Of a DNA stretch of 64,000 bases, positions 63,876-64,000 are shown piece after piece. The stretch comes from the human T2T-CHM13v2.0 reference genome, Homo sapiens. Location of the stretch: assembly GCF_009914755.1 (NCBI RefSeq), contig NC_060935.1; one strand, 5' to 3'. A program made the translations under genes and the position numbers. How positions within the stretch are numbered: position 1 is the stretch's first letter; the number at the start of each line of letters is the position of its first letter. Below the pieces are notes generated by a model. That model had not been told where the DNA came from. It ran no database searches and was given only the letters and a program-made list of their open reading frames with translations.

Positions 63876-64000
63876 GAGTCTATTCATTTTTGTTTAGGAA
63901 AACAGCATAGAAAGGTGGATATCTAATTAGTAACATTTAACAAATTTGAGAAAGCAGCATAATATAATCCTATTTTTAACATAAATTTAGAGTCTTCTTT

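Overview
AT-rich primate (human or great-ape) genomic DNA lying entirely inside the large neuronal Ig/FNIII cell-adhesion gene CNTN5 (contactin-5/NB-2), + strand. Three internal coding exons are present: 8391-8518, 10753-10928 and 41981-42101. All have AG/GT boundaries, splice in frame, and encode the end of Ig5 and all of Ig6. The rest is intron filled with repeats: seven Alus, two 5'-inverted L1PA insertions, older L1M/L2/MIR fragments, MaLR and ERVL LTRs, MER2/MER91/MER94/MER5 DNA-transposon relics and microsatellites. The most unusual structure is a scrambled HERV-K(HML-5)/LTR22 remnant (52606-54103). Both of its ends are exact, mutually inverted U3 termini, and it contains a tRNA-Met primer-binding site and microhomology junctions. 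Several small templated-insertion signatures are also visible: a 16-bp fold-back, a 36-bp dispersed duplication and palindromes. I see no evidence for a new multi-gene system. Repeat subfamily names and the CNTN5 call come from recognition by eye, not from a database search, and boundaries of old repeats are approximate.
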